Shown here piece by piece: positions 50,432 through 64,000 of a DNA stretch of 64,000 nt. Within the stretch, counting starts at the first letter, position 1, and the number at the start of each line of letters is the position of its first letter. Both the position numbers and the translations under genes were made by a program. Source of the stretch: Octopus vulgaris (taxonomy: Eukaryota). The stretch lies in assembly GCA_951406725.2 (NCBI GenBank), contig OX597817.1, positions 63,240,001-63,304,000 of the forward strand, written 5' to 3'. The notes beneath the pieces are model-generated. The model did not search any database. It was not told the DNA's origin and was given only the letters and a program-made list of their open reading frames with translations.

Positions 50432-51307
50432 GTAAGCAGCTTTATTATTACATTTATTTTAGTATTTTTTTTTTTACTTTTGTTTCGAATATCGATGAAA
50501 TCGGGTTTGATCTGAATATATATTAGTATTGGTTTGATTATTTTTTTTAGTCCCATCACGATCTTATTCGATGTGAAAATGATAAAGTCATTAAGTTGTC
50601 ACATGCCTGGCAACTAACTTAGAAAGGTATCTCCGTACTTAAATATCTCAAAACTACAAACCCGATCGGTTCATAACCGGCTTCTATACATTACGTTTTA
50701 GAGTCAATACTGATTAAAATATAATAATTCTCTCTATTTTTTTTTTTGTGTAATTGTGTTTAAGTAGTTATTTGCATAGTACCTGATAAATCGGTCTTGC
50801 TGTCTTCCTGCGTAATTAGATGTAACGTTCGTGTGTTTCTTTACACCTATTATGGTCTTATTTCGAAGTTTGCATGTGAAAAGAACAGACAAAAGAAAAG
50901 GAAAAATAAAACGGCCCCCCCAAATAAACAAACTAAAACAAACGAGAGTTAGAAAGAGACACAAAAAAGGGCTAAAAGGACTCGAAACCATTTGTGACGT
51001 TAGTTGCTAAAATATTTAGCATCTCTTGTAGATATTACCAATTAGAGTCTCTTTATATATACATGCACATACATCTAAGTATGTGAACTATGTATGGTTA
51101 AGCCATATATATATACACACACACACACACATATGTATTTCAATAAGTGTGTATGCCTTATATATTTTACATGCATACTTATATAAACTATGTTTATATA
51201 TGCATTATACATATTAAGATATATACATAAATATATTATAGCATGATATATACACATTTTATGGTATCAATCTATCTATCTATCTATCTATCTATGTATA
51301 TATGCCT

Positions 51308-51338
<31 letters not shown>

Positions 51339-54300
51339 CATGCATATGCATTGTATATATTAAGATATATATGTATAGTATGATATACATTATGTATATA
51401 CATTTAATGGTATATATTATTTTATGTATATACACAAGCTCATGTGCATTATGCATATATATCTATATATATATATATACACACTCATATTGTTTTATCA
51501 TATAATTTACATTATATAGATTTAAATATATATACACATACACACACATATATGTATATATTTTATATATAGCTATATTTTTCTGCAGCCATTTTTGTAA
51601 ATTTTACAGCCACTCATCCCGTTTTTTCTTTTTAAATCCCCCAATCATCTGTTTTTGGTTCTGTTATGATCTACAATACAATGTATTCAGCATTGGAATA
51701 ACCGAATTATTGAATTTAAAAATTAAAAAAAAAAATACTTCAAAGTCATGGTGGGTGGATTCTATTAACCATCAAAGATAAAATTGCTAACCCATTCGAT
51801 TCGCAAGAAAATATAATTTCTAAGTAATCATCGATATCTTTTGTTATTTTTTGTCCTCTCTTATTAGTTTGATCTCCAGTTAATATAAGAAACTTTTGGA
51901 GAAATACAGATTGTATTCAAAGATATCGGGATTCTTTATAAATATCAATTATTATTTAATAATGTATGCATTTTAACGGGTACTAGCTCGAATACATATG
52001 TAGGATATTTCATTTAGGATATGTATATATAAATATATATATTTATATATATATAGGCCTGTTTATGTGTGTAGAGTCTAGATTATTTGGATCTGTGTTG
52101 GTAAAATGATTGGATCAAGTTTGAAAATGTCGGTTTTTTTTTTGAGAGTATATAGTTTGAAATTAACTTGGATCTGTGTTGGTATATGGCTGTAATGTCG
52201 ATTGCAGAGAATTAACATCACTTCAGATTTCTATAAATTACTAAATCATTGCTGTATTTAACGCTTGTGTCGACTGTGAAGGAGGCACACTACAACTTTA
52301 AACAAGAATATATATTTATTTATTTGTATATGTGTATATGCTCAGCTGTGCGATGTGTCATGGCTCTAAAATTAGACATCTTTTTTACCTAGGTTTGTAA
52401 TAACTAAACAGTTTTGTCCAGCACTATACTATTTCTCTTAATTTTCTAACCAGAAAGAAATTATTTGTTTAAAAAGATATTTTTTCTGCTGCAGTAACGT
52501 GTGTATGTATATATAATATATGTATATATGTAATATATGCATATGTATATTGTTTGCTTTTATGTGAAGTTACATAAAAAAAAAAAACAATTTAACATTA
52601 TATTGAATGGTCATTCAGTGCTTTATAGTTGAGTATATATATTTTTTATTAAGCGAAGGTTGACAGTGACTTCGAGGTTTTAGCTTGCCAGCCGTCATCG
52701 GCTTATATGTGTGTAGATTTGGTAAAATGCTCATCATATGCGCTCATATATATATGTATGAGATATTGTTTAACCAACTCCGCTTTATTTCATTTAATTC
52801 GATATACTTACTTCTTTTGAGGGGTAGGTAAAAATGGAACACTATTTGAATAGAGTATCTGTCGAAAAAAAAAACACCCAAAACTCAGCAAATTAATTTC
52901 TTTATTACAATGTTCATAATTTACCCTCAAGACCCATTTAATATAAAAAGGGAGCAAACAATAGGACTTGATTCCTCGAAAATCACTTAGTATTTTAGAT
53001 TGCAGTCTTTGAAATTTTAAAACTAGTCATTTAGAATCTCTACGATCTACGAAAAGCAGTTTTTTTTTCGCGATTATTAAATATGCATAAATTTATCTTA
53101 TTTCAAAACGAAATAATGCTGTTTATAATTAAATATATGGGTTATTATAAAACTAGATTTAATCATTTCTAAATAATTCAGACGCAGTAAATTTGACTTC
53201 CTACTTTCATTTTATTACTTTTATATGAAAATAATTTTCTTGTTTAGCATTGATATTTTCTTTAAGGGTATTCTAAGAATAAACGTGTCATCCACACGCG
53301 ACCTAGGTACCTTACGTCAGACACCCTTAGATATGATATAATCTAGTCTCCTTTGACAGTACGACACATTATATATCCATCAGGGAACAGGTTTGCTCTG
53401 TATTCTTCCTTCTTAGCGTGAAACAACCGATAAAACATTTATAAGTCGCTACAAATTCGAAGATTAACAATTTCTAATTTCTTTCGAAGATCACACGAAA
53501 CTGCATCCAAAAATCTGTTTCTTTTTCTGAACCAGAAAATACTGGTCTCTGTAGGTTTCCATTCTCAGGACGAGGAAACACTCCAGCCCTGATACATTCT
53601 TTACCTCTATAAAACTCGAGTGTAACTCACATTGGATGGAGTACTGCTCACATATCTGAGATGGTGCTTCTGCTATCCCCATGAATACCCTAGGTTGCAT
53701 CCAAAAGATAATTTACAATTTGACTGACGTATTAACTCACCAGTACAACTATTATAATCACTAATGCACAGATACTCTGCTCCTCTGAACTGGCTACATA
53801 ACTGTTTTTTTTTGGGTGGGGTGGCTGCACATCCACTCATCTTATCAGCTGTCTCCCTATCTAATCCCCCAGATTTTACCCTAGACAATTTTCCCTATTG
53901 TTCGTCTTCAAAGCATTTGTCCTCAAAACAACTGGAATTTCCTCCTTGCACACCTTTTTGTTTATCTCTCCCAGAAGCATTGACCTAGAAAGTTGATCTT
54001 AAGCATAAACCATAATGCTCTCAACAATCTGGTAAAGCCTACACAGGTCATGGACACTGTTCTCTTCATTCTCTAATTAATAAAAACAAACAAATGGACA
54101 CATGCCTATATGAATAGATTTCTAGCTACTATTCAGGTAGTCAAGTCATGTAATAAAAACATTAAGATTAGCAATTTCCTGGCTATGACAATTAAGGTGG
54201 AACATGCTGAATTCATTAACTGTATTTCAGTACAATTCAAGTTTGTGTTGTTCCGTTGAAATAGTATAAAAATTCAAATAAAACTAAATAAATATAAATG

Positions 54301-54752
54301 CTGATACTGAGTTGTAAGTTTGAGATAAAAGAAACTTTCTGTATTTAAGGTTAATTTGTAGATTGAATTATTTATGTGAGAAAGAGAGGGCAGGGTGTTT
54401 TCCACAACTCTTTACTAAAATAATCAGACGAGGACAGCTGCATAAAGAAGTGCTGGTCTCTAATTGTGGAGGCAACCTGTGGAAGAGGTAGATGTGGGAC
54501 AAGGTGGTGAAATATGATCTTTGGTTGTTGAGTTTCGTGGAAGCAATGTCAAGTGATTGAGAGTTCTGGTGATTTGCTGTGTTTGAGAAGACACATCAAA
54601 TTAAGTGAAATCTTGGTCATGGCCAGTACTGTAGCGCGTAAGACACCTAGTACATTCTGTAGAGTGGTTGGCATTAAGAAGGGCATCCAATCATAGAAAC
54701 CGAGGCAAAACAAACTGTATAACCTATGCCAGATCATTCTGCCAAGTATAAA

Positions 54753-55002
54753 ATAAATAAATGTGCTCTTTTAAAGCCTAGCCAGGCTCATTGAGCCCAG
54801 TTTCTATGGCGTATGTATTCCCCAGCTGGATGGGGCGCCAGTCCAACGCAGCGTTACTCATTTTTGCCAGCTGAGTGGACTGGAGCAACGTAAAATGAAG
54901 TGTTTTGCTCAAGAACACAATGCATCGCCTGGTCCAGGAATCGAAACCACAATCTTACGATCATGATACTGACACCCTAACCACTAAGCCACGCGCCTCC
55001 AC
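54753..55002 (-). mobile_element. tRNA-derived SINE, family D, with 15-bp TSD
   Basis: Head gtggaggcgcgtggcttagtggttagg..ggtttcgattcc on minus strand; ttctgccaagtataa (about 54738) and ttctgccaaatataa (about 55004). Confidence 0.82.
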
Positions 55003-56216
55003 TTTCTGCCAAATATAATACTTATTAATTCATATTGTTTCAAACTAATCAAGCATTGTCTTGTTGCTTCAAGATTTTGATAATGTGATTTAGAATGACA
55101 TTATAGGGTAGGTGGGAGAGGCCAGATCTGGCCAGTTTGAACATAAAACAGGTAGAATAATTTGGTCGGATATGGCTGGTTTAAATGCTAAAGGTTTAAA
55201 TAATGATGATGATGATCCATAGATCAAAGCTAAAAGGCTTTGGTTTACTTCTCATCTTTAACCTAATAAACATTAAAACTTATGGGTAAATATGTAAATC
55301 TATGATATAAAAATATTTGAAGAAATTAGCATCAGGAGTGTACCTGTAGAGCTTTAAGGACAGGTGCAGGCCTGACGATGTGGTTCAGAAGTTCACTTTG
55401 CAACTGTGGTCTTCCAGGTTCTGTCTAACTGTGCAACATCTTGGGCAAGTATTTTTTAGAATAGCTTGGGCCATCTGAAGTCTTGTGAGTGGATTTGGTT
55501 GTTAGCAACTGAAAGAAGCCTATTGTGTGTATTTGCGTTGCTTTGACTTGACAAAAGCTGTAAATGAGTTTCACCATCATAGAAGTGTTGTCACTTGTTT
55601 CCATAGAAGATTGGAAACATATCCAGCCATTGTGCTGTTTGTGTTCTTAATACTAGGGGGAAGTGTTACCTTGCTTGATAACTAGTGAGGGTGGGCAACA
55701 GGAAGGGTGTACAACTATGGAAAATCTGCCTCAGTGACTTTTAGTATGATTTCTACAAAGATGGAAAAGTGAATGTTAAAATGATGAGAATATTGTTTGA
55801 AATTCTATGAAATTCTTTCAAATTGTTTTCTGTTAATCAAAATTGAGTGTAACATTTGTAGAAATGGTTTGTTTTTGTTTGATTTTAGCCGAAATTGTAA
55901 TGCCAGAGTGTGAGTGAGGACTCTGGAGTAGAGAGAGAGTAGTAGTAGGTAAATTGAGTGATTGAGTGTACTTTGTTGCTGAGTGGTTTTACTTTAAAAC
56001 ATCGTATACCCGCAGTTCTAAGTCACAGTTAATATTGTGACGAGGACTGAGTTTTGTCAGGGTTAACTTGTACTCAACACTGTAATTATTTATTTTATAT
56101 TGTTGTGAATAGCTCTTGTATTGTTGGTTACAGGTTTCCAATTGGTCAATTGCTAGTTCACTGCATTTTTGATAGAGACTGATAAGATAGTTGCTTTATG
56201 GTTTTGTGGTTTCCCA

Positions 56217-56240
<24 letters not shown>

Positions 56241-56253
<13 letters not shown>

Positions 56254-56576
56254 CTGAAGTTGTCTGTGTATGGCAGGTTTGGTAGCCTTCAACTAACACT
56301 ATCTCCTTCGAGACCCTGTAGCGCAAGTTGACCAAAATTGAGAGTATGATAGAAGAAGGCTTGCTCTTGCTTCCGTAGAAGAAAAAATTCAAATCGGACC
56401 ACATTAAGAACAAAAATTATTTACATCAAAAAGGTGCCATTTTTCGGTGTATTTCAACCAGAAAAATGTTCACTCAAAGAGAATAACAAGCTACATAATG
56501 CAAACTTTTTACTTTTCAAAAATTCCAATTCTAAAGGGTCGAAACAAACCCGAGCAACACCAGGCGATACTGCTAG
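56241..56576 (+). mobile_element. Non-autonomous Helitron-like element (family H1), internally deleted
   Basis: tatataaagctgaagttgtctgtgt ... aaacccgagcaacaccaggcgatactgCTAG|T. Confidence 0.83.
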
Positions 56577-57930
56577 TATATATATATATATATATATATC
56601 TATCTATATCTAGCTACCAATCTTTCAAGCTGTTTGCCTGTTTACGTATCTGTCTAAATATCAGTCATCATCATTGTTTTAATGTCCACTTTTCCATGCT
56701 TGCATTGGTTGGGCAGAGTTTATTCAGGCAGATATTCTACTGCTAGATGCCCTTCCTGTTGCCTACTCTCACTTGTTTCCAACCAAAGTAAATTTCCCCA
56801 TGGCAAGACAGGTTTTTTTTTTTTTTTGGTTTCTTTTTTTTTGCAAAATATTGGAAATGAAGGACACTCATTAACAACTATAGCATGATGTCAAGCCTAA
56901 AGTGTCATACTGTGGGACTGAATCTGAAATTATGTGATTGGGAAGCAAACTTTTCAGTCACATACCTGTGTTTATGAAGACAGTTTTTCAGGGCTGATCT
57001 TATAAATAAACTGTGAACATTTTTATTGGATCATAAATGCAATTATTAATGTAATTTCATATTTAGAATAGAGTACATTAACAAATATTTTAAGGTAATT
57101 TTTTCTTGTAAAACAAATATCAGCCTTGCAGGCCTCCTGACAGTCTTCCTCATTTTACCCTATCCTCTACGTCCCTTTTCACCAATTCCTTGCTTTCATT
57201 TTCTCTCCCATCGTCTTTAGCCAGGTCTTCTTTGAGCTTCCTCTACTTCTTGCACATTCTTTTTCATTGCTCCTCTCACAATGAAATTTTTTACCCTTGA
57301 ATGTATTGTATGTATTTGCCTTCACTAATCTGCTTTCACCTTGGCAACGAAATTGCTGTGTCTTCCTGAGCAGACATAATAGAAATACATCCAATTTGTT
57401 GTTCTCATCTAGCTTCATAAGTCTCAGGTATCTTCGCAAATGCTAAAATTATATATCAGAAACATCATTCCATCAAAACCTCTAAGTAGAAATTTCTTGG
57501 CATTTTTTACTAAGTAAAACAGTATTCTGGGGGCTCATCTAACACTATTTTGCCACTGGACTTGTCATAGCCAATTACCAGTGGCATGTTGAAAACATAT
57601 ATACCCATTCTGTGGTTTATTATAGAATAAAACAGTATGTACCAATTTATTATGTATTCCAGCTGTTACATTGATTGAATCTGTGTTTTCAACAGTGCTA
57701 TAGACAGTATTACAACTGCTAAACATGGTTCTTATGCTGCTGCTATCAGGAAATCTACTTCAGTTAAGTTAAAACTTGTGTTTAACATGGATTAAGGACT
57801 TTACCTGGCCATACAGAATGTCCTGTTGTTGATGAACTAGTTGTAAGTGTAAGATCAGACATTTTGCAAAAGTATGTTGGAAACAAAAGATATAGGCAGT
57901 ATTATCATATGAAACACCTGAATAGAAATA

Positions 57931-58309
57931 TGAGGGGGGGTGCTGAAAAGTTCCTGGCTTTAAGGGTATCGTGAAAGGCCTGGTTGAAGGCCCAGGCTTC
58001 GGAGTTCGTTTACAGGGCTTAGAAAAACTGAAGGACCACTACATATATGTGAATCTGAGAGGGGAATATGTTGAATATAATCCTCTCTCTCTTTCGGAGA
58101 AGCACTGAGCACCTACACACACATATACACACACGGCAGTAACTTCCGCCTACCGAATTCAATCACAAAGCTTCGGTCGACTCGGGGCTATAGCGGAAGA
58201 CACCTGTCCAAAGTGCCACACAGTGGGACTGAACCCGAAACCAATCGTAATTAACTAATCCTCTTGTATTTTCTTTTACCCAAAGCCATGAATTTTTCAG
58301 CCCTCCTCG
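57931..58309 (+). mobile_element. Mariner-derived MITE with a SINE A fragment inserted (about 58083-58243)
   Basis: Both TIRs present; MITE sequence resumes at aatcgtaattaact after the insert. Confidence 0.82.
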
Positions 58310-59070
58310 TATCTCTTTGGCTCTGAATATAGGAGCTGCTATCAGTCATTGTTGACCATTTATCTGCACTTGTATGTTCAGTTCTACTCAAGAAGACTGG
58401 GAATTACCCATGCATACAGATGCTCTTCTCCGCTATACCAATGTTTATTTGAGGAAAAGACCTACTGATTTGGGCTGATAGTTTGGCATCAGTATTGTTG
58501 TAAGCATTGCTGTCAGAATGCAAAAAGCTGGAATGGATCACAAGTGATCCTGTCTGATCCTCTGACAGTCCTGCCGATTCTTTGCCTTGGTTGCTACTTT
58601 TTTTTTATCAACTCCAAAAGGATTGGAGGTCAGACTCTGGTGGGTTGGGGCTAATACTGTGAAATGTTCTATCCAATTGTCTAACGACTCTGACAATTTG
58701 CTGCCTTTGGCTCTGTAAATAGGCACAATCAACTGGAAAGATATTGGAAAAAGCTTGGCATTAATCATCCCAAAAGATGTAATCTGTTGGTAGAAAAAAG
58801 TCCTGCTGGCATGGATGTGTGGTAAGATGTTTGCTTCCCTATTGCAAGGTTCTGAGTTCAGTCCCACTTTGTGGTTACTATAGCATTGGACCGACCAAAG
58901 CCTTGTGAGTGGATTTGGCAGATGAAAACTGAAAGAAACTGGTCATGTATGTGTGTCTATGTTTGTCCCCCACCGCCACTTGACAACTGGTGTTGGCATG
59001 TTTATGTCCCTGTAACTTAGTGGTTTGGCAATTTGGCAAAAAAAACTGATAGAATAAATACCAGGTTTAA

Positions 59071-59291
59071 CCCTTTCGTTACTCTATTTATTTGGAGATG
59101 CTCTGCGTTTCTTTCATTTACTTTAAATATAACAAAGAATTTAGTAAAATAACTTAATTATCATTAAGCTAGTGTTAGGAACATAAATTGTCACTAAGGT
59201 TTGGTGGAAGATTTTAATTCAGAACTTTTGAAAGCAATACATTTGTACTACAGAGCCAGAGCCGGTTTCAACCAGGTTGGTAATGAAAGGG
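59071..59291 (+). mobile_element. piggyBac-type MITE inside a SINE A copy (about 58808-59410)
   Basis: TTAA-ccctttcgttac ... gtaatgaaaggg-TTAA; same family inverted at 63120-63340. Confidence 0.85.
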
Positions 59292-59469
59292 TTAATAAGG
59301 GTAATAAAAGGGTTAATAAGTACTGGGATCAATTCATTTGATGAAAATTCTTCGAGGCAGTGTCCCAGCACACCACTCTCTAATAACTGGAACAAGTAAC
59401 GGATAAAAGATAAGTGGAAAGATAATTCTAAATATTAAAGTAAAAATTTGCAACATAGGAACAACCTAT

Positions 59470-59820
59470 GGGCGTAGGAATGACTGTGTGGTAAGTAGCT
59501 TGTTTACCAACCACATGGTTCCGGGTTCAGTCCCACTGCGTGGCACCTTGGGTAAGTGTCTTCTACTATAGCCTCGAGCCGACCAAAGCCTTGTGAGTGG
59601 ATTTGGTAGACGGAAACTGAAAGAAGCCCGTCGTATATATGTATATATATATATGCGTGTGTGTGTTTGTCCCCCTAGCATTGCTTGACAACCGATAGAA
59701 TAAGTACTGGGTTTACAAAGAATAAGTCCCGGGGTCGAGTTGCTCGATTAAAGGTGGTGCTCCAGCATGGCCGCAGTCAAATGACTGAAACACATAAAAG
59801 AGTAAAGAGTAAAGAGAGTA
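59470..59820 (+). mobile_element. SINE family A, full-length
   Basis: ggcgtaggaatgactgtgtggtaagtagc...(agtaaag)n tail. Confidence 0.88.
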
Positions 59821-59917
59821 ACCAAACGTTTTGTTATCCATAGAAAATCTGATTATGTCATTTCAGATAGAATTTAATCCTTTTGATACCAACATGTCCA
59901 AGACCATATCTGATTCA

Positions 59918-60144
59918 TATTTCTTTACTGCCCACAAGGGGCTACACACAGAGGGGACAAACAAGGACAAACGGATTGTCGATTATATTGACCCCAGTGA
60001 TTAACTGGTACTTATTTAATCGACCCTGAAAGAATGAAAGGCAAAGTCGACCTCAGCAGAATTTGAACTCAGAATGTAGCGACAGACAAAATACTGCTAA
60101 GCATTTCGCCTGGCATGCTAACGTTTCTGCCAGCTCACTGCCTT
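59918..60144 (-). mobile_element. SINE family B with 17-bp TSD, inside a TTAA-type MITE (about 59875-60580)
   Basis: aagaccatatctgattc on both sides (about 59900 and 60145). Confidence 0.85.
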
Positions 60145-60642
60145 AAGACCATATCTGATTCTATGATACAAACTTCATTTTAATCCCTTAGCATTTATAC
60201 TGGCCATATCTGGCCTATGTATTCTACCAGTTATATGTTGACACAAGCTAGATCCAGCCTCTCACACCTACCCTACAATAACATTCTAAAAATAAATAGT
60301 TACATCATCAAAATTTCACGGTTTTATGATAATACTTGATTAATTTTAAAATATGTGCATAAATAAGCTTTACATTTGATAAATTAATCTGAATGTTAAA
60401 GTATTAAAGTGATCTGAATTAAAATGTTTCCATCAAAAATTTCATGTTAATTCATGGTCTAAATACCAGCACCAGCTTAATAATGATGAAGTTATTTTAC
60501 TAAATACTTCATTATTTTAAAAATTAATTGGAACAGAGGCAGGTGTATTTCAACAGAAATATGGTAACAAAAGGGTTATAGGTAGCCTCCTGCCCTTAAT
60601 TGTGTTTGCTGCATGTGTGCTGATCTGAAATTTAATAGCATA

Positions 60643-61038
60643 CTAGCAGTATAGCCCAGCGTTGCTCGGGCTTGTTTTCCTTTCGACCCTTTAGAATTGG
60701 AATTTTTGAAAAGTAAAAAATTTGCATTATGTAGCTTGTTATTCTCTTTAAGTGAACATTTTTCTGGTTGAAATACACCGAAAAATGGCAACACACCAGT
60801 CAAAAAATCGTAAAAAATAGGTATTTTCATAGAAAAAAAGCACCTTTTTGATGTAAATAATTTTTGGTGTTAACATGGTCCGATTTGAATTTTATCTTCT
60901 ACGGAATGAAGAGCAAGCCTTCTTCTATCACACTCTCAATTTTGGTCAACTTGCGCCGCAGGGTCTCGGAGGAGATAGTGTTAGTTGAAGGCTACCAAAC
61001 CTGCCATACACAGACAACTTCAGCTTTATATATATAGA
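60643..61038 (-). mobile_element. Non-autonomous Helitron-like element (family H1)
   Basis: Minus strand begins TC and ends hairpin-CTAG|T; about 395 bp. Confidence 0.85.
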
Positions 61039-61451
61039 AACTTTCAAAACAGTGAATAGTCAGTACATCCATCAAAATTACAAACTGATCAGTTGAGACA
61101 GTATTAAAAAAACAACAAAACTTTGGTAGTGATTGTCACTTGATATCATAGGACCAATTATTGAAATGGGTGATTTTTATGTTTTGATGATACTTTAACT
61201 TTAAGTGTTGTCCTCTGACATTTGACCTAAAAGAAAAAACTTTTCAAGCCATCTATCATCTAGTGCCTCTCCTCATTATTCTATTTATTTTGTGGTGTCA
61301 GTCAGTTTGAAAGTTCTAAATTTTGGAATTCTTGGAAGACTTAAACAATTCCGTTCATCACCTAACAGATAGAATGAAGGTTACAAAGGAATAATCAAGA
61401 AAACTGCTTAGTTTTATCTAATGCAAACGACGATGAAAGCTTTAATAAATA

Positions 61452-61841
61452 CTAGCAGTATCCCCCGGCGTTGCTTGGGTTTGTTTCGACCCTTTAGAAT
61501 TGGAATTTTTGAAAAGTAAAAATTTTGCATTATGTAGCTTGTTATTCTCTTTGAGTGAACATTTTTCTGGTTGAAATACACCGAAAAATGGCGACACAGC
61601 AGTAAAAAGATCGTAAAAAATAGGGACTTTCATAGAAAAAAAGCACCTTTTTGGTGTAAATAATTTTTGGTGTTAACATGGTCCGATTTGAATTTTATCT
61701 TCTATGGAATGAAGAGCAAGCCTTCTTCTGTCATACTCTCAATTTTGGTCAACTTGCGCCCCAGGGTCTCGGAGGAGATAGTGTTAGTTGAAGGCTACCA
61801 AACCTGCTACACACAGACAGCTTCAGCTTTATATGTTTAGA
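61452..61841 (-). mobile_element. Non-autonomous Helitron-like element (family H1)
   Basis: Near-identical to 60643-61038; A|TC...CTAG|T on the minus strand. Confidence 0.85.
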
Positions 61842-62715
61842 TTATTAGATCACCACCTTCTAGGCTCAGTGTAATGTCTAATGTTATACATCATTCATTA
61901 CTGGGAAGACTAGGTAATTAATGATAATACTAAAAAAAAACGTTTGACAATCAGAAATGATTGATTGAGGCAAAAAAGTGCTTGCGATTGAATTATTCTT
62001 CTACTGCCACCTCCTAATTCAATTTGCAACAAGTAGGTATGATACAACCATTTATCGCAAGCTCCCTGAATCCATGTCTTGAAATAACTTAGCTGAAGAT
62101 GCAAATCTTTGAGCAAATGAAGTTTAACAGAAATTTGAACTCAAAGCATAAAGACAGATGAAATACCATTATGCATTTTGCCCGGTGTGCTAACGCTTCT
62201 GCCAGCTTAGAATCTAAACATTCATTTTAGAAATATATTCTTTATTCTTATTCCTTAAGCGTTATTCCCTTATTTACTGACATTAAATTTCATAACACTT
62301 TACCTCATAACTCTTTTCCTACTCATTTTTGTTTAATGCGACTAGTGATTTTGAATTCCTCATGAATTTTTCTATCATTTAAGCCTAAGAACAGTATACT
62401 TTTAATTTAAAATTAAAAAATGTATGTTAATTGAAGATGTATAGGTGCCTTACTGCCCCCTTTGAGGTTGCAGATATTTTGAAATAACTTTTTTCTACTG
62501 AACCAAATATCGAACTATTTATGCCAAAGTGTAGTTGAGGAGGTGTCCTCTTTAAAACTATTTACAGTTTGCAATTTAGTTGAGAACTGAATTAGTGGTG
62601 AAGCTTGGAAGCTGCTGTGATTGATGAAATGGTGAACTTAAGAATATATTCAACCACTACCGTGGTTGAATGATATATACATATATATCAATAACTTTGC
62701 TAAAATCGTTATGCC

Positions 62716-63090
62716 AGGTGCAGGCTTGGCTGTGCAGTAAGAAGCTTGCTTCCTGATTACATGGTTCTGGGCTCAAACCACTGTGTAGCACAGTGTCTTC
62801 TACTATAGCATCGGGCTGACCAAAGCCTTATGAGTGGGTTTGGTAAATGGAAACTGAAAGAAGCCTGTTGTGTGTATATATTTATATGTGTGTCTTTGTA
62901 TCTGTGTTTGTCTCCCAACTATTGCTTGATAATTGACGTTGGTGTGTTTATGCACTTGTAACTTAGCAGTTTGGCAAAAAAGGCCGATAGAATAAGTCCT
63001 GAGATCGATTTCTTTGACTGAAAAAAGCCCTTTAAGGTGGTGCTCCGGCATGGCTGCAGTCAAACGTCTGAAACAAAGGAATTAAAGAAA
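62716..63090 (+). mobile_element. SINE family A, diverged
   Basis: aggtgcaggcttggctgtg...ggtgctccggcatggctgcagtcaa. Confidence 0.8.
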
Positions 63091-63119
63091 GTGTAAATCT
63101 ATTTCTTACTCACCATTAA

Positions 63120-63340
63120 CCCTTTCAATACCAATCCGGATGAAACTGCTTCTGGCTCTGTAATACAAATGTCTTGTTTTCATAAGTTCTTATTTAAAAT
63201 CTTCCACAAACCTTAATCATAATTTATGTTCCTAACACTAGCTTAATGATAACTACGTTATTTCACTAAATTCATTGTTATATTTAAAATTAATCGAAAG
63301 AACCATAGAGCATCTCAACAGAAATATGGTAACAAAAGGG
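63120..63340 (-). mobile_element. piggyBac-type MITE
   Basis: TTAA-ccctttcaatacc ... ggtaacaaaaggg-TTAA; reverse complement of 59071-59291. Confidence 0.85.
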
Positions 63341-63642
63341 TTAAGCATGTATGCAGTGTCTGAAAATATTGGAAACTTTTGATGCTTAATCAGTGGCATC
63401 TAACAAAATAAGAATAAAATGTGTATCGAATGATTTAAAATTTTTTTTTGTTGTTTTAGATTCTTTTTATTTTTGTTTATTGGTTTCCACCAGGGGCTGT
63501 GGCCATGCTGATAAATTTTTAATGTTTATATCAAATAATGTTATTAAAATTGAGGGATGGGCAAGTATTAGAATTTAGGATTATCACAAGATTGTCCTTT
63601 AAACAAATAACAGTAAATATTTGAGTTAATGAACAAGTCTCT

Positions 63643-64000
63643 TTATTCTTTTTACTCGTTTCTGTCATTTGACTGCGGCCATGCTGGAGCACCGCCTTTA
63701 GTCAAGGAAATCGATCCCAGGACTTATTCTTTGTAAGCCTGGTACTTATTCTATTGGTCTCTTTTGCTGAACCGCTAAGTTACGGGGACTTAAACACACC
63801 AGCATCGGTTGTCAAGTGATGTAGGGCAGACAAACACAGACACGCAAACACACAAACATATACATACATACATATATACGACAGGCTTCTTTCAGTTTCT
63901 GTCTATCAAATCCACTCACAAGACTTTGGTCGGCCCGAGGCTATTGTAGAAGACACTTGCCCAAGGTGCCGCGCAGTGGGACTGAACCTGGAACCATGTG
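63643..64000 (-). mobile_element. SINE family A, head runs off the window end
   Basis: Colinear with 6091-6492. Confidence 0.88.

Noticed and set aside
53491-53988. Short ORFs in GC-richer blocks (also 25273-25524, 26362-26556, 37930-38330, 45548-45950, 57179-57439)
   Set aside because: Probably very old LINE debris (57179 has an RGxxKKTW RTE-like motif), but too decayed to classify; no coherent splice structure.
50432-64000. Second exon of the RB-like gene (expected to start near G..LHWLACALY)
   Set aside because: No such reading with splice sites found by eye; probably beyond the window, though a missed exon cannot be excluded.

Overview
AT-rich, repeat-saturated animal genomic DNA. The SINE families, dense (TA)n/(CA)n/(TACA)n tracts and long introns suggest a coleoid cephalopod, probably Octopus (inference, not searched). 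Two host genes can be read on the + strand. (1) The 3' part of a divergent sequence-specific HMG-box gene: four phase-compatible exons at 1040-1202, 18984-19122, 22950-23044 and 26941-27325, with the HMG box split by a 17.8-kb intron. (2) The first coding exon of a retinoblastoma-like (p107/p130-type) gene at 50300-50431, preceded by a region with an E2F site and CCAAT boxes; exon 2 was not found in the window. The rest is decayed mobile DNA: several tRNA-derived SINE families, RTE, L1/Tx1 and R4/Dong-like LINE fragments, a Penelope-like element with GIY-YIG remnant, three mariners, mariner- and piggyBac-type MITEs, hAT and Tigger fossils, and non-autonomous Helitrons. The most notable unexplained structure is a set of hammerhead-ribozyme-like motifs and long near-perfect hairpins lying in or beside (TA)n tracts, plus SINE multimers bounded by a single TSD. 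Nearly all ORFs in the supplied track are microsatellite or transposon artefacts. Repeat boundaries are by eye and approximate.
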